Source: the human T2T-CHM13v2.0 reference genome, Homo sapiens | Direction: 5' to 3' (one strand) | DNA length: 64,000 bases | NCBI RefSeq assembly: GCF_009914755.1 | Contig: NC_060936.1 | In this document: piece after piece, positions 57,940 to 64,000 of the stretch | Position numbering within the stretch: position 1 is the first letter of the stretch | Layout: each line of letters starts with the position of its first letter | Notes under the pieces: generated by a model | Databases searched by the model: none | What the model was told of the DNA's origin: nothing | What the model saw: the letters and a program-made list of their open reading frames with translations, nothing else | Program-made: the position numbers and the translations under genes

Positions 57940-58764
57940 GAAACACAGATCGAGACAACCCAGAAGGCAATGCACCCATAGACAGTCATAAGAAGGAGAC
58001 CCAGGAAGTGGCTTAACTCTCTGTCCCGCCAGCTCTGCATTGGACAGTCCCCACCTGCACCCAGCAAGGGGGCATCTGGAGCAGCCATGGAGTCTTCTTT
58101 GAAATGTACAAAGGTTCACTGAATAGCAAGACCTGTCCAAAGTGCCCTAACCAGGGGCTGTAGGCAAAAGGATGCCCCACGATAATGGGCTTCTCAACTG
58201 CGAGGTCACATGAGGAGCCTGGCTGGAACAGGTTAGCCCAGAAGCAGGAAGGCAGTCTGAGAGAGAAGCAAAACATGAACGGGAATGAACAGGCAAGTGC
58301 TTGCTGGGGGACCATTCTTCCCAGCCAGGAGGAGGGGGCTGCTGGGGAGGGACTTTCTCCCTGATTCTCGGGTTGTGGGTGGCCTGGCTGGATGGTTAGG
58401 ATGGCGCCTCCACCCAGAAGGTGGAGCTTCCGTGCTGACCACCACGCTGGGGGACTGGTCTTATCCCTGAGAGCTGGGGGAATAATACAAATTGGATACA
58501 GGTATTTTGGAGCTAAGTAGGAGTTAAGTGAAGGGCTGGGAATGCCTCTGAAAACAGCTGCCAGGAGGACAACTAGGATGCATCTCCCTAGCATGAAAAG
58601 GCGCAGGGGAGCGGCCCGAGGGTCTTTCCCTCTGTAGGTCTTCCCCTCTGTAGGAACATCCAGAAGATTCTGGAAGCAAGCACACATTTTCCATTCACAT
58701 GCCATTCAGTGCAGTGATGCAGGCAGGCAGGTGCTTGGCAGGAAGCCCTGGCTCCATGACTCTA

Positions 58765-63204
<4,440 letters not shown>

Positions 63205-64000
63205 TCAAGGGGCCCATTCCCAGGCCCCCAGGGAGGCAGTTGTGGGTGTGAGGGAAAGCAGTCTGACTCAAAGCCAAAGGTCTGTTTCGAGCCCCAGTTT
63301 TGATACTTTAGAGAGCAAGTTGTTTAACCTCCTGGGGCTCAGTTTTCTCCTTTCCAAAATGGAGCGAATAGTGTCTGTCTTAGCACTGTTGTGAAGCTTG
63401 AACAAGTTAATGCATATCAAGTGCTTAGAACAGTCCCTGACACGTAGTAAATGCTCAGTCTATTTAACTATTATTATAATTACCAGTTGCCCTTCACTTG
63501 CTCATTTATGCAACAAACACTTATTAAATATTTACTACTTAGTGCCAAGGCCTGTGGTAAGATATACACATCCATGTCTAATGTCTGTGTCTATGTCTAT
63601 ATCATCTAACTATGCATTCCATTCAATTACCACAGCCCTGTGGGATGTAGATATTACTTACCCCATGTTGCACATGGGGAAATTGAGACCCCCAAGGTGT
63701 GAAATGCCCAGCTCATGGTAAGCGATAGTCTTGAGATAGGCATGCTCTGCCTCCCCCTACAGCATGTCTGAGATGCTCGTATACACCCCCTTAGCTCCAA
63801 GTTGCTGTCTGATAAGTGGAGACGCTGATACCCACTCCAACCCGTCACTGTGAGGATGGACTCAGATCACTAAAGAAAGAGTGAAAACGTGAAGGTGACT
63901 GCCTCTGCCCCCAAACCCTGATCCTAGGCCCCCAAAGCTGCTCCTTCTGCTCTGCTAGAGGCCTGTGGACACAGGAGGAGCCTGTGAAGGAGGCTCCCAG

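Noticed and set aside
57179-58705. 251-aa and 230-aa minus-strand ORFs near the KRT85 3' end
   Set aside because: They lie in the 3' UTR and downstream flank, lack domains and show no supporting splice structure.

Overview
Mammalian (almost certainly human chr12q13) type II hair-keratin cluster, read manually exon by exon. It holds four genes arranged as two tail-to-tail pairs: KRT86 (+, exon 1 cut by the window start, stop at 6506), KRT83 (-, complete, 493 aa, 12551-19260), an unprocessed 9-exon KRT85-like pseudogene (+, 39111-51946, by position probably KRT89P) and KRT85 (-, exons 2-9, exon 1 beyond the window). All share internal exon sizes 209/61/96/165/126/221/32 (95 for pseudogene exon 4). 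Intergenic DNA contains Alus with target-site duplications, an old L1 with a 5' tandem array, a THE1 solo LTR, MLT1/MER/MIR/L2 relics and two CpG-rich islands. Notable points: a GC splice donor and a Pro139 allele in KRT86; one intron (intron 5) conserved across KRT86/KRT83/KRT85 while other introns are not; and a mosaic pseudogene whose nonsense lesions all lie in two skippable in-frame exons and whose promoter keeps LEF/Hox13-type motifs. I found no convincing wholly new system. Most ORF-track entries are spurious. Gene names come from recall of protein sequences, not from a database search.
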